A DNA stretch of 63,678 nt, counting the filler. It is 5 parts of 5 records of this genome, joined end to end, with 100 filler letters (N's around TTAATTAATTAA, not from the genome) between each part and the next. Parts side by side here need not be neighbours in the genome. Positions count along the whole stretch, not along the records: positions 1 to 14,053 come from DRR378314_1158; positions 14,154 to 23,082 come from DRR378314_1163; 3 more parts are not named here. One strand, given 5' to 3'. The position numbers and the translations under genes were made by a program. The notes beneath the pieces were generated by a model. It had not been told where the DNA came from. It did not search any database and saw only the letters and a list, made by a program, of their open reading frames with translations. This document shows positions 10,873 to 22,123 of this stretch, in pieces. Numbering within the stretch: position 1 is the stretch's first letter; the number at the start of each line of letters is the position of its first letter.

Positions 10873-10929
10873 TTAACCGGACACCTTCAGTATTTCCGAA
10901 ACACACTTCGCAAGAAGGATTCTGACGAC

Positions 10930-12591
10930 ATGGCCCAGTACGTATACACCATGAACCGCGTGGGCAAGGTGGTTCCGCCCAAGCGTGAAATTCTTAAAGA
11001 CATCTCCCTGAGCTTTTTCCCAGGCGCGAAGATTGGCGTGCTGGGCCTCAACGGCGCCGGTAAATCTACATTGCTACGTATTATGGCCGGTATCGATCAG
11101 GATTACATTGGTGAGGCCCGCCCCCAGCCCGGCATCAATGTCGGTTACCTGCCCCAGGAACCGGAGCTCGATGACGCCAAGACCGTCAAGGAAATCGTCG
11201 ATGAAGCGGTCTCGGGCGTCCATAACGCGCTGACGGAACTTGACCAGGTCTACGCCGCCTATGCCGAGCCAGACGCAGACTTTGATGCCCTCGCCAAGAA
11301 ACAGGGTGAACTGGAAGCGTTTATACAGGCTTCCGACGGCCACGATATCGAGCGCAAGATGGAAGTGGCAGCTGACGCCCTTCGCTTGCCGGCCTGGGAC
11401 GCCATGGTCAAGAACCTCTCCGGTGGTGAACGCCGCCGCGTGGCGCTTTGCCGCCTGCTGCTTTCCAGCCCGGACATGCTGTTGCTGGACGAGCCCACCA
11501 ACCACCTGGATGCGGAATCCGTGGCGTGGCTGGAGCGCTTCCTGCACGACTATAGCGGTACCGTGGTTGCCATCACCCACGACCGCTACTTCCTGGACAA
11601 TGTCGCCGGCTGGATTCTTGAACTGGATCGCGGCCAGGGCATTCCGTTTGAGGGCAATTACAGTCAGTGGCTGGAAAACAAGGAAAAACGACTGGAAGTT
11701 GAAGCCAAACAGGAAGCATCTCGCCAGAAGACGATCAAACACGAGCTGGAGTGGGTGCGCAGCAACGCCAAGGGCCGCCAGTCCAAGAGCAAGGCTCGCC
11801 TGGCACGCTTTGAGGAAATGAGCTCCCAGGAATTCCAGAAGCGCAACGAAACCAACGAGCTTTACATTCCGCCCGGCCCTCGCCTGGGCGACAAGGTGAT
11901 TGAGATCGATGGCATCAGCAAGTCCTTCGATGACCGCCTGCTCTACGAAGACGTCTCGCTCAGCGTTCCTCCAGGCGCGATCGTCGGCATCATCGGCGGC
12001 AATGGCGCGGGCAAATCCACGCTGTTTCGCATGATTGGCGGCTATGACAAACCGGATTCTGGCACCATCACTGTGGGCGAAACCGTGAAACTGGCCTATG
12101 TGGACCAGATGCGGGACCTGAACGGCGACAACACCGTCTGGGAAGAACTCAGCGACGGCAACGATATTATCAAGATCGGCAACTACGAGACCCCGTCACG
12201 GGCCTACGTGGGCCGCTTCAACTTCAAGGGCTCCGACCAGCAGAAGCGGGTTGCTGATCTGTCGGGCGGCGAACGCAACCGCCTGCACCTGGCGAAATTG
12301 CTGAAAGAGGGCGGCAACGTACTGCTGCTGGACGAACCGACCAACGACCTGGACGTGGAAACCCTGCGCGCGCTGGAAGAAGCCCTGCTCAACTTCCCGG
12401 GTTCCGCGTTGGTGATCTCGCACGATCGCTGGTTCCTGGACCGGGTGGCCACCCATATCCTGGCGTTTGAGGACGACGGTGAAGTGGTCTACTTCGAGGG
12501 CAACTTCAGTGAGTACGACGAGGATCATAAGAAGCGGAAAGGCGACTCTGCCATGGTGCCCCAGCGCATGAAGTATAAGAAGCTGGCCTGA
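10930..12591 (+). CDS. ettA: Energy-dependent translational throttle ABC-F ATPase
   Basis: MAQYVYTMNRVGKVVPPKREILKDISLSFFPGAKIGVLGLNGAGKS and two ABC domains (LSGGE, LLLDEPTN). 553 aa from ATG 10930. Confidence 0.97.
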   Translation: MAQYVYTMNRVGKVVPPKREILKDISLSFFPGAKIGVLGLNGAGKSTLLRIMAGIDQDYIGEARPQPGINVGYLPQEPELDDAKTVKEIVDEAVSGVHNALTELDQVYAAYAEPDADFDALAKKQGELEAFIQASDGHDIERKMEVAADALRLPAWDAMVKNLSGGERRRVALCRLLLSSPDMLLLDEPTNHLDAESVAWLERFLHDYSGTVVAITHDRYFLDNVAGWILELDRGQGIPFEGNYSQWLENKEKRLEVEAKQEASRQKTIKHELEWVRSNAKGRQSKSKARLARFEEMSSQEFQKRNETNELYIPPGPRLGDKVIEIDGISKSFDDRLLYEDVSLSVPPGAIVGIIGGNGAGKSTLFRMIGGYDKPDSGTITVGETVKLAYVDQMRDLNGDNTVWEELSDGNDIIKIGNYETPSRAYVGRFNFKGSDQQKRVADLSGGERNRLHLAKLLKEGGNVLLLDEPTNDLDVETLRALEEALLNFPGSALVISHDRWFLDRVATHILAFEDDGEVVYFEGNFSEYDEDHKKRKGDSAMVPQRMKYKKLA

Positions 12592-13970
12592 TGGCAAAAA
12601 CGAAAACCGCCTACGTCTGTTCCGAGTGCGGTGCCGACTATTCCAAGTGGCAGGGCCAATGCACCGCCTGCCAGGCCTGGAACACCATAAGCGAGGTTCG
12701 CGGCCTCAGTGGTGGTAACGCCAAGGGTGCCCGCGGGAGCCGCTTTGAGGGCTTTGCAGGCAGCCTGTCGGAGGTTAAAAGCCTGGACGATGTCAGCCTT
12801 GCGGAGCAGCCTCGGATCAGCTCCGGCATGCAGGAGTTTGACCGTGTTCTGGGCGGCGGACTTGTGGAAGGCTCCGCCATCCTCATGGGCGGCCATCCCG
12901 GCGCCGGCAAGAGCACCCTGCTGTTACAGGCAGTTTGCCACCTTGCCTCCAGCGTTCCAGCGCTGTACGTCACCGGTGAGGAGTCACTGCAGCAGGTGGC
13001 AATGCGGGCCAAGCGCCTGGGACTACCCACCAAAGACCTGAAGATGCTCTCGGAAACGAGTGTTGAGCGGGTCATGCAGGTTGCGGAGGCAGAAAAGCCG
13101 CGCATTCTGGTCGTGGACAGTATTCAGGTTATGCATGTCGCCGAGTCGGAATCCGCCCCAGGCAGCGTCTCCCAGGTCCGCGAAAGCGCGGCCTATCTGA
13201 CCCGCTTTGCCAAGCAGACTGGCACCATCCTCTTCCTGGTGGGCCACGTTACCAAGGACGGCAGCCTTGCCGGACCGAAAGTGCTGGAGCATATGATCGA
13301 CTGCTCCATCCTGCTGGAAGGCTCTAGTGACAGTCGCTATCGCACGCTACGAGGCATCAAGAATCGTTTTGGCGCGGTCAACGAACTGGGCGTGTTTGCG
13401 ATGTTGGAGCAGGGCCTGAAGGAAGTGAAGAATCCCAGCGCGATTTTCCTGAATCGCGGCGAGGAGGCAGCTCCGGGCAGTGTGGTGATGGTGGTCTGGG
13501 AAGGCACACGGCCGATGCTCGTGGAGATTCAGGCGCTTGTAGACATGGCCCAGGGTGGCTACCCAAGACGCGTTGCGGTGGGGCTGGATCAGAATCGACT
13601 GGCGATGTTGTTGGCGGTTTTGCATCGTCACGGCGGAATGCATGTGTCTGATCAGGATGTGTTTGTGAATGTGGTGGGCGGTGTGAAGGTCAATGAGACC
13701 AGTGCGGACTTGGCGTTACTGGCGGCGATTGTGTCGTCTTTCCGCGACCGCGCCCTGCCCCAGGATCTGGTAATTTTCGGCGAGGTTGGCCTTTCCGGCG
13801 AGATTCGGCCGGTGCCCAGTGGTCAGGAACGCATTTACGAGGCCGCCAAGCATGGGTTTACCCGCGCTTTGGTGCCTAAGTCTAATGCACCTCGTAAGGC
13901 GATTGAGGGGATGAAGGTGATTCCCGTGACCAAGCTTAGTGATGCTCTGTCGGCTTTGGAGGAACTTTGA
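12591..13970 (+). CDS. radA: DNA repair protein RadA/Sms
   Basis: C4 zinc finger, GGHPGAGKST, KNRFG motif and Lon-like C-terminus. TGATG overlap with ettA. Confidence 0.97.
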   Translation: MAKTKTAYVCSECGADYSKWQGQCTACQAWNTISEVRGLSGGNAKGARGSRFEGFAGSLSEVKSLDDVSLAEQPRISSGMQEFDRVLGGGLVEGSAILMGGHPGAGKSTLLLQAVCHLASSVPALYVTGEESLQQVAMRAKRLGLPTKDLKMLSETSVERVMQVAEAEKPRILVVDSIQVMHVAESESAPGSVSQVRESAAYLTRFAKQTGTILFLVGHVTKDGSLAGPKVLEHMIDCSILLEGSSDSRYRTLRGIKNRFGAVNELGVFAMLEQGLKEVKNPSAIFLNRGEEAAPGSVVMVVWEGTRPMLVEIQALVDMAQGGYPRRVAVGLDQNRLAMLLAVLHRHGGMHVSDQDVFVNVVGGVKVNETSADLALLAAIVSSFRDRALPQDLVIFGEVGLSGEIRPVPSGQERIYEAAKHGFTRALVPKSNAPRKAIEGMKVIPVTKLSDALSALEEL

Positions 13971-14009
13971 GGCTCAGTTCGTAGCCTGCTTGTTTGGTGC
14001 TTGGCAGGA

Positions 14010-14053
14010 TTGGAAGGACCTTTCCAAAAAACGCTTCAAGCACATCCATGTGC
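14010..14053 (+). repeat. Partial copy of the same REP/MITE-like repeat at the contig end
   Basis: ACGCTTCAAGCACATCCATGTGC matches the core seen at 1-28 (minus strand) and 10795-10822. The contig breaks inside it. Confidence 0.5.
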
Positions 14054-14153
14054 NNNNNNNNNNNNNNNNNNNNNNNNNNNNNNNNNNNNNNNNNNNNTTA
14101 ATTAATTAANNNNNNNNNNNNNNNNNNNNNNNNNNNNNNNNNNNNNNNNNNNN
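14054..14153. other. Artificial contig spacer
   Basis: 44 N + TTAATTAATTAA + 44 N. Composition and gene style change across it. Confidence 0.98.
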
Positions 14154-14270
14154 TAAATATATGACATAGTGGCGGTAGACCCTCTCCTGTGGGTCGTCCT
14201 CGCTGCAACCTACGAGTGCCTTGTAGCGTTCGTGGCACGTGCCGTCGAAAGCCAGAGGCGCGCGCAAGGG

Positions 14271-14948
14271 TCAGCTCTGCGAACCGAGTGCGGTGGCTCG
14301 AACCGCACGTCTGCCACTGAGATGAGTGCCGATACAGAAGCCTCCGATCATACCTTGGCCACCGGCAATAAGTACAGATCGTGGGCTGTCTGACGAAGGG
14401 TGGTTACCGTCCGCGAGTGATGCGAGGCGCGCGTCGTTTACCTCGTCGCGCGCCTCGCCGGGTGCTCCCGCGAAGCGGCCTGGCGCCGACGCGCGGCGCT
14501 CCCCCTCCGGCCCGTGCGGTGGAGAGGTCAATCCTGGCGCCCCGAACGCAGAGGGCAGGCTATGCCGCGGCTGAAAAGACTGTCGCTCCTCGAAGTCGTA
14601 GTTCCTGTGGCCGCCATTTTCCACAGTATACGCCTCCCTTTCTCTGAGCGCTTCGTGTCCATGTTCAGCCTTGCTGCGATCGGTTTTCGAAGGCGGCTTT
14701 GGGCTAGCGGTTTTCTTTGTCTTGGTTTTTGGTTTTGGTTTTGGTCGATTCACTGCTTTAGGATCGTAGTGTTGATGGTGCTGGCAGTATTCCGAGTTTG
14801 CAACGCGGGGTCCAGTGCACAGGCAACCATCGGTTTTTCGAACCGCTTTGCAGCGTCTGAAAGGATCAAGGACGCGCGGCGTTTTGCCGTGACGCGTCAA
14901 GAAAATGGAATCGTCTGCGGACGCCATCTTTTGTGGCTTTTTTACCAT
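14271..14948 (-). CDS. Eukaryotic protein (probably the first exon) with a C-x10-C-x10-C-x2-H zinc finger (WRC/DUF5763-like) and a Lys/Pro-rich basic tract
   Basis: RCKAVRKTDGCLCTGPRVANSEYCQHH followed by RPKPKPKTKTKK. The 3' boundary is uncertain because of possible splicing. Confidence 0.5.
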   Translation of the reverse strand: MVKKPQKMASADDSIFLTRHGKTPRVLDPFRRCKAVRKTDGCLCTGPRVANSEYCQHHQHYDPKAVNRPKPKPKTKTKKTASPKPPSKTDRSKAEHGHEALREREAYTVENGGHRNYDFEERQSFQPRHSLPSAFGAPGLTSPPHGPEGERRASAPGRFAGAPGEARDEVNDARLASLADGNHPSSDSPRSVLIAGGQGMIGGFCIGTHLSGRRAVRATALGSQS

Positions 14949-16915
14949 TATTCCTGCGTCGAGTAGCATACGGGTTGTCGTATTGAAAAGCGCGTCAATT
15001 TCTTGAATCGAGGTATTCTATCGGTGGCATACATACTCGCGCGGGGCCCTGCGGCCCGAGCGACTGCCTACAAAGCGGCGGGCATACTATGTGTCCGGCG
15101 CACGTGCAGGCGGTGCCCGGTGCCAGTTTTTGGCGTTTGCGGCAAGCTTGGCAAAGCGCTCCCAAATGCGAAATATTTGCAAAACATCCAAGAAAAGAGA
15201 TCATGCATACGCTCTATACAATTGAAATTAGATTTTTCAGATGAAAAGGGAAGTAGTTCATCTTGAAGGCAAACTGGAGGCACTGACAAAGAGCCATCAG
15301 TACTGATAAACGCGTTTCTCTTGCAAGAGCCCTTCGGCGTTTACCACTCGCGAGGGCTGTTTCTGCGAGACACCCGCACGTACAACGCGAAGCACGCGCC
15401 CGTGTGCTTTGCAAGCCACTAACCCACCCAACGGATTTCTTAATATTTATGATAGCACTGACGTGGCCTTGGAGAGATCCAATCCAGCTACATGCCCAGC
15501 AGCGGTACTTCTCGGCGGTGCACACGTAGTGGGCAGGTATCCAGGGCCACCGCAGAAGCTAGCCGCGGAGCTGACGCGGCAGGTTCAAAGTCCCTACTGG
15601 CACTTCCCTTCGGCGGCGGGGGGAAAGTGTCCATCGTTGTGCATGTATGCGATAACGTCTACGAGTACGAGAATTTGCGATGATGCGTTGGAGCCAGATA
15701 TGAATGATAACTAATGCCTTGCCGATGAAAGAGAATACGGGCTGCTGTGCCCAAGGAGGAGCAAACGTGGCGTGCAGTGGTGTGGCAGATTCTATTTTAG
15801 GGGTGGTTGGCGACTGCTTGCTTTCCTTCGTCTTGATCGACGTATCTCGCATGATTGACAATCATCGCAAGTATAACGCATACCAGGCTTGGAATGTTCT
15901 GTGCGACGCAACGTACAATGGTATTATGCGCTTTTAAGGTGCAAATTATCTATCACAGAGGATGTGCGAAGGTGGGAGCCTTGCGTGCACAGGCGGCAGC
16001 AAGTGATCGGTGGTGGCACGTTTTCTTATTCTCACGAGGAGGCAAGGAAAGCGTGTTGGAAGTACTCTTTCTAGGAAATATACAGTACAGACGAAAGCAG
16101 AGCTCTGGATGGCGCTTCGCTGTCGTCGGGCGCGGCCCATTGGGTAAGGTGGCGGTGGTGGCAAGGGTATAGGATAGCCTGATCCCTTCTTCACATTAGG
16201 GGACGGCCTTTGCAACGCAGGAACGAGCAAGACCAAGGAGGATGCTCATTTGACTTTGCTGTACTGGAATGATCGGACGCTAGCTCTCACGAACAGAGGT
16301 GCATGCTTTTGTGCTCCGGCCTCTTGTGGAGAGCTCCGCCACAGTGCGAGATAGGCTTGCGCCGTTGGCCAAACGTGGCCCCTGAGCCGCAGCAGTGCAC
16401 CTGCTGTCTGTCTGCGTCCACCACTCTGCTGACTCGCATATCGTGCTCGTTACGTTTGTGGATAGACAGCTTTGTCCTGGTACGTTTTCTGTTCTGGTGC
16501 AACCAACAATCCCTTTCAGAGCAAAGGTGGACATCGAACTCCTGAAGGCGGTTTAGATCTCGAGGGTGTTCTTACCGTATTTCTTGTTGCAACAATGGCT
16601 CTTGGAGGGAGGAATCAGTTGCACGCCGGACTCTCCTTTTCGTGTTTTGCCAAGGCAGCAGAGATCGCCAGGGACTGTCCAACGCTGACCCTAGTAGAAC
16701 CAAGAATGTCGCGCGAGATGATCGCCTGCGGCGGAGATGCGCCATTCTCAGCTTTGGGAATAGAGGGTTTGTTCCCACGATAACCCTATGTCGCAAACTT
16801 CTCCGGGGCGACGCGCGCCGCTGAGTATCGTTCGCCACATCACGCTGCAGCACGGACCGTGCTGGCGAAACCACTGCCTACCCTTGCTGCTACTTCGACG
16901 CACTCCTTTGCAACG

Positions 16916-19285
16916 ATGACGCGCTTACTTTTTGCGTTGCTTGTCTCCGCATGCATTATCATGTCGGCTGACGCCAAGCGTGGCCCCAAAGTCACCAGTA
17001 AGGTGCGCGAATGCAAAAGTTGATATTTCACGTTGGTGTGCTATCGTGTAGTTTGCCGCATTTCTTGCGGTTGGCGCTTGCATAGGTCGGATGTGCTCGC
17101 TGGTTCTGTCCGGCGATCACTGACGCGTTCTCTCTTGCAAACGTGCGCGTTGCTCGCGTGCTCCCCCCTCTCATTTGAGCGTAAACGATCAAGTATTTTC
17201 ATTTCAAAGATATTTCGATGTGCGAATGCGATTTTATTTTCGCAGTATTTGCGAGGAGATTTGATTTTGTGCGCGAGTTTTGTCTGCGCTCTCACGGGGG
17301 CGGCTTGTTCGTGAGCGTGCCAGCTTGTGCTGACGCGAGCATCTCGTCAGCCTCTGGTGCTCTCGACAGGACGTTGTGGCATGCTGGCTCGTGGTGTTCG
17401 GTCGCGCTGTGGCGCTGCCGTTCCTCAGGCGATACGATTCTGCAGCAGCAGTATAGAAGGACGCAGGTTGCATCATCGCGGCCTTTTGTGCTTTTCAGTG
17501 CCATTGTTGCGTACTGTATGCTCCATCGTGTATTCGAATTTACGTTTCGTTCCTCTTCGCGGCCCCTTGCCACTCAGCCGTGCGCGCGTGTGCCGGCGAA
17601 CGCGCTCTCTTTTTCTTTGTCTACTCGCAAACACTTGCTCATACAGCAGAGCCACCTCTGTACCTCGCGAACAACCGTTAATAGATCTATCTAATGTATA
17701 TATATTTGTCTGATAATGATGGTATCTGTACATCGTATTGCGCGCGACCTGCTGCTGATGCATTGCTCTTCTCTGGTCGCTCAGGTGTACTTTGATATTG
17801 AGATTGACGGCAAGCCGGAAGGCCGCGTGGTTCTTGGTCTTTACGGGAAGACCGTCCCGAAGACAGCGGAAAACTTCCGGTATGTACTCATCGTGCCTGA
17901 GGCAATGAATATGCGACTGCATCTTAACCTCGATGCGTGCGCTTATGCTGTGGAAACGGACACGCTAACGCTGCTTTGTGCTGTGCTTGGCGTCGCTGCT
18001 GCGGTTTGCAGCGCTCTGTGCACTGGCGAGAAGGGCGCCGATCTCTCGTACAAGGGCTCCACGTTCCACCGCGTCATTCCTGGAGTACGTATAATGCTGG
18101 AATAGTTGCGTGTATCTTCGAGTGTAAGCGGAGCGTCTGCTTGCGAATGGTCAACTTGCTACAGTTGTAACTGCTGCTGTATGCGCTGCGTTCCCTCTTG
18201 CGCTTTGCAGTTCATGATCCAAGGCGGCGATTTTACGAACCACGATGGCACTGGCGGCAAATCCATCTACGGCAACAAGTTTGAGGATGAAAACTTCAAG
18301 CTCCACCATACGGTACGATGCGAGTAAATGTGCGCATTGGTGACGATTGTGGCTCTTTGCGTGGCTTTCGTAGATGGGGATCGCTGGTACACCTGTTGTG
18401 TTCTGATCTGTGCCCTTGTGCGGCTGGCTTGCTGCTCGTTGCCCTTGTCATGTACACCCCTTCGGTTCTATGATCCGCTGCAGACCAAATACCTTCTTTC
18501 GATGGCGAATGCTGGACCAAACACCAATGGATCGCAGTTCTTCATTACAACGGCTGTTACATCTTGGCTTGATGGGCGGTGCGTTTTGCATCGACTGTTT
18601 CGTGACACCGCACAAGACCGCGTGCTTTTTCAAGCGTATCTTGTTTCGAACGCGTGGCGGAAAACCAGCTCGACTGTCTTTAGAAGATTGGGGCACTTTT
18701 TTTTTACATTTTTTCTTCTATCGATACGGTGTCATATTTGCTAATATTTGTGGTTGCTTTCACGTCCGTTGTGGTGCTCCCGCTGCAGCCACGTTGTGTT
18801 CGGTGCTGTCCTCGAGGGAACCAGTGTTGTGGACAAGATCGAGAGTTTCGGAACGCAGAACGGCAAGCCCCGTGCAAAGGTATGCTCTTTCTACTCGCTA
18901 TTTGCAAAAATCAATATCTCTACTCTCGTAGAATGACAGTGATTATTGTGTAGTTACATTGGAGTCTTTGAATCCACGTCGTGGCGTCCGCACGAAGCAC
19001 GACTCGCTGTAGCGCGCAAGGACCGAAGAACGAAACCAACCATTGCTCCCCGTGGCTGCTGCTTGCCTGTTCTTCCTGTCACGGCGATTGCGAAAAGTCT
19101 GCTGCGTCGTCTTGCTCACATCTGAACGAAACATGACGTATGACGTCACTCTCCGCGCCAGGTTCGATGGTGTTCCTGACGCTTCACTACCTTTTTTCGT
19201 TTCATCGTCTGCCCTGTTTCTGCAGATTGTTATTGCTGACAGTGGTGAGCTCAAGGAGGGTTTCAACCCCGGCCCGGAGCTTTAG
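16916..19285 (+). CDS. Secretory-pathway cyclophilin (peptidyl-prolyl isomerase, CypB-like), 7 exons, 200 aa
   Basis: Exons 16916-17002, 17785-17879, 18012-18084, 18211-18312, 18484-18578, 18789-18879 and 19226-19285. All introns are GT-AG and phase-compatible. Product: signal peptide [20 protein letters not shown], then [58 protein letters not shown], ending GPEL. Confidence 0.95.
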
Positions 19286-19497
19286 GCGAGCACGTGCGGT
19301 TTCCGATGCTGTTCGAGTGAAGCCCGGGTTAGCTACGCCTCCGTTAGAACATGATCATCAGTGCTCCGGTACAATAGTTGCTGTTCATGTGCTGAGCCTG
19401 GACCGAGGCTGCACGCGACTCTGGCGAGACGCCTGCAGCAGCGGTTCTCGCTAGCGAACATTGAAAACATGTCGCGGGCGGGCGACCTCGCGCTTGC

Positions 19498-19503
19498 AAT
19501 AAA
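19498..19503 (+). promoter_or_regulatory. Candidate polyadenylation signal of the cyclophilin gene
   Basis: AATAAA about 210 nt after the stop codon. Confidence 0.4.
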
Positions 19504-19900
19504 GAAATTTCTCCACTGAGTATTGTTTGCCGGGTCATGTTATTCCTCGACAGTCGCTGCATACCTCTGTCGTTGCGCATCCATGCGCAGCGACTCTTTT
19601 TGATGAAAAAGCATGACCGCAAGAGGCTCGCTGCCGGTACTCGCTCGCTGTCGCGGGTGCGCCTGCAGCCACACCCGCGACGTAGGGCGAGGTCGAGGAC
19701 TCTCGTCCGCTGGTTCTCCCTCGCGCTCCGCTTGTCGCGCGTTGCACGCAGGTGCATTCTTTCTGGGGCGGCCCTTCCCGCATTTCACGCATACTCCGAT
19801 TTGGCACCGACCAAGAAACCTTTTGGGCGTACTACCGAACCGAAATCTTGTCTTTTGAGCATACGCGCGGCTAACCGCCCTTTCGACATTGTTGGCTTCC

Positions 19901-22123
19901 ATGGGTCGCAAGAAGTTCGACACGGGCGACTTGAAGGAGGTGCGTTCGTAGGTTCTGTGTCCTCCGTTTCCGTGTACAGTCGTGCTGGGCAGTGCACTGC
20001 GTTTGCAGCGGCACGCGCTTGTCGTTCCCTTCGCAGCTGGTAACGGAGTCCTACCTCTTCGATTGTCTCTTATGTGTCAGATCGAAGTCTTGGTTATCGG
20101 TGACGAGGCGGTTCGGCTGGGATGCTTACTTACGTCCGTCGAGCAGGTTCGTTGCGCGCAAGTTTGTTGTACCCGCGAACCCGCAGCCCGTTCGCTGCGG
20201 GCGCCCTGGCGCTCCGTTCTCGCTGCTAGTGTCTTTCCCCATGCCAGGTCGCTCGGTGTTGTCAGGCTCTCCTTCGGTAGCTTCCACAGGCCGCATTTAT
20301 CGTGAAATTATTCGCAAGATTATGTTCATGTTCCGTTATACCGTGGCCGGTGTTGCTTCCGGCCGCACGGTTTCGGATACGACGACCTGGCTGCTGCTGT
20401 TGCTTTCGGCTCGCGCTGACAGCCGTGTGTTCCGCGCTGCCCTTGCAGCGGAATACGTGCGCCGTGAACATTGGATTCGTGCGGACCATACAAACATTTG
20501 TCAGCGATGAATATTTTGTAAATGTGGCGTTTGTGGCGGCGGAAGAGACGCTCTTAGACCCTTTTGTCGTCAACGCGACTACCGACCCGTTTCGGCTTTT
20601 GGTGCTGGCATACACGCACGGCGACGAAGCTAGCTTGCGCCGCGTGCGCGAGTACGCCAAGCGGTACGGTGGGACTCTGACCGTGCGAACTTTGCGTTCT
20701 ACTCGCTGGACACGCTCATGGCTCGGCATTCAATGGTGTCATTGCCAATCATAGTCTTGTGCCGTGCTATGTTGGCTGCTACCCGGGGCGCACATACTGT
20801 GCTCTCGCTTCGCCTTTCGTTTCGGTACTCCACGCGCGTGGGCCCTCCTGTTGCTCGCTCCCGCTCCCGTTCCCGCTCAACTCGCTCGCTCAACGCTGTC
20901 GTACAGGCTCATTGACCGAGGCCAGGCTGCGCCTGCTAAACGCAAACCACCGCGGGTCACCGCTTTGGATGGTACGGAAATCGAGCTCCCTCTGGCGCCC
21001 TTTCCAAACCCTGTCGGCAACGCGCTTCTCGTGGCGGTGAATCCGACTCCGTACACTGCAGAAACGCAGGATAGGTCCGTGCTGTCGCCTGTCGACAGGG
21101 CCAACACAGCGGCGTTTATCGTTGGCACGTGCTTCCAAGAACAAAACAAAACCAGCTCTCTCCTCTCCGTGCGCCCTTGTCTTGCGATACGACTAGTGGG
21201 GAGAAAGAAAGAAGATGGCGTGGCGTGAAATGGTTCTCGATGCAGCAAGATTAACGGTTCAGCGAAGTGATGTCGCGTCCCCTTGAATGTCCAGCTTTGG
21301 TCTCATTGCGCTTGCCTGTATGTCCATCTGCGTTTCGGCTCCAGCTTTCCTGACTTGCCCAAGACGGTGTCAGCCTCTGTTCACGAGCGCGACTGTCGTG
21401 TTGAAACCGAGGCGTACGAAATGATGCAACAGTACGGAAATGAGCATTGTGCGGATGCTGTGGCGTACGTTGGACCGCCACTCTCAGCGCAAGTCGCTTT
21501 TGCCTGATGCCCTCGCGCTTGCATCGCTCTCGGACGCTGCTGCGCGCGATGATGTTCGTGCGCGAATATAGTTGCGGGCACATCCTTTCTACATCGTAGC
21601 AGTTGCTGTTGTTGTCTCGTTTGGGTGGCTGGCAGCACTGCCTTTCTCATGCGCTAGGATACATCTTCCGTTCTCTCTCTACAGATACCTTGGCGAGGAA
21701 GACCTCGACTGTGCTCCTCGCATTTTCCGATGGATACTTGAGGAGCACAATCGTGTTGCAAAGGAAAAGGTAACGAAAGTAGCCCGCGTTTTGTGCCTCA
21801 GCCCTTCGTTCCTCAACTGGGCGTTTCTACCAGGAAGCGGAACTTTCGGATTGATTGCATAGCAGGGACAGCGCGACAAATGTGGACGTGTTCATTTTTC
21901 GCTCAGAACAGTTCCTTGCCAGTGCCTGCGCATCTGCTAAACTACATCTGAATCTGATATGCTGTGCGTGCGCGTCCTGGTTTCCTGGTTTCGCAACGGA
22001 CAGGAGAAAATTGCAGAAGAGGACGTGTCGGCCATGCTTCAGAGCTTACTTCCCAATGACGAGGACAGTGGCGCGAATACTCTTTCACTCATTGGTGCTA
22101 TTCGTGCAAAATTGCGCTTGTAA
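19901..22123 (+). CDS. Predicted 7-exon eukaryotic gene (~251 aa), degenerate small-GTPase-like protein
   Basis: Exons 19901-19939, 20081-20146, 20449-20663, 20907-21050, 21345-21431, 21685-21769 and 22004-22123. All introns are GT-AG, phases match, there is no internal stop, and AATAAA lies at 22152-22157. An extra or alternative exon in 20147-20448 cannot be excluded. Confidence 0.6.

Noticed and set aside
10606-10929. 108-aa N-terminal extension of EttA in the ORF track
   Set aside because: EttA homology starts at MAQYVYTM (10930) with an RBS-like GAAGGA upstream. The extension runs through the palindromic repeat.
14098-14109. TTAATTAATTAA palindrome recurring four times
   Set aside because: It always sits centred in identical N padding and gives stops in all frames. 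It is an artificial linker, not a biological repeat or att site.
14720-14746. (TTTTGG)n tract resembling a telomeric repeat
   Set aside because: It has only 3-4 imperfect units, is internal, and is explained by PKPKPKTK codons on the minus strand.
14970-16915. Short ORFs in the 1.9-kb region between the divergent zinc-finger and cyclophilin genes
   Set aside because: No recognisable domain or consistent exon chain could be built, so it is left unannotated.
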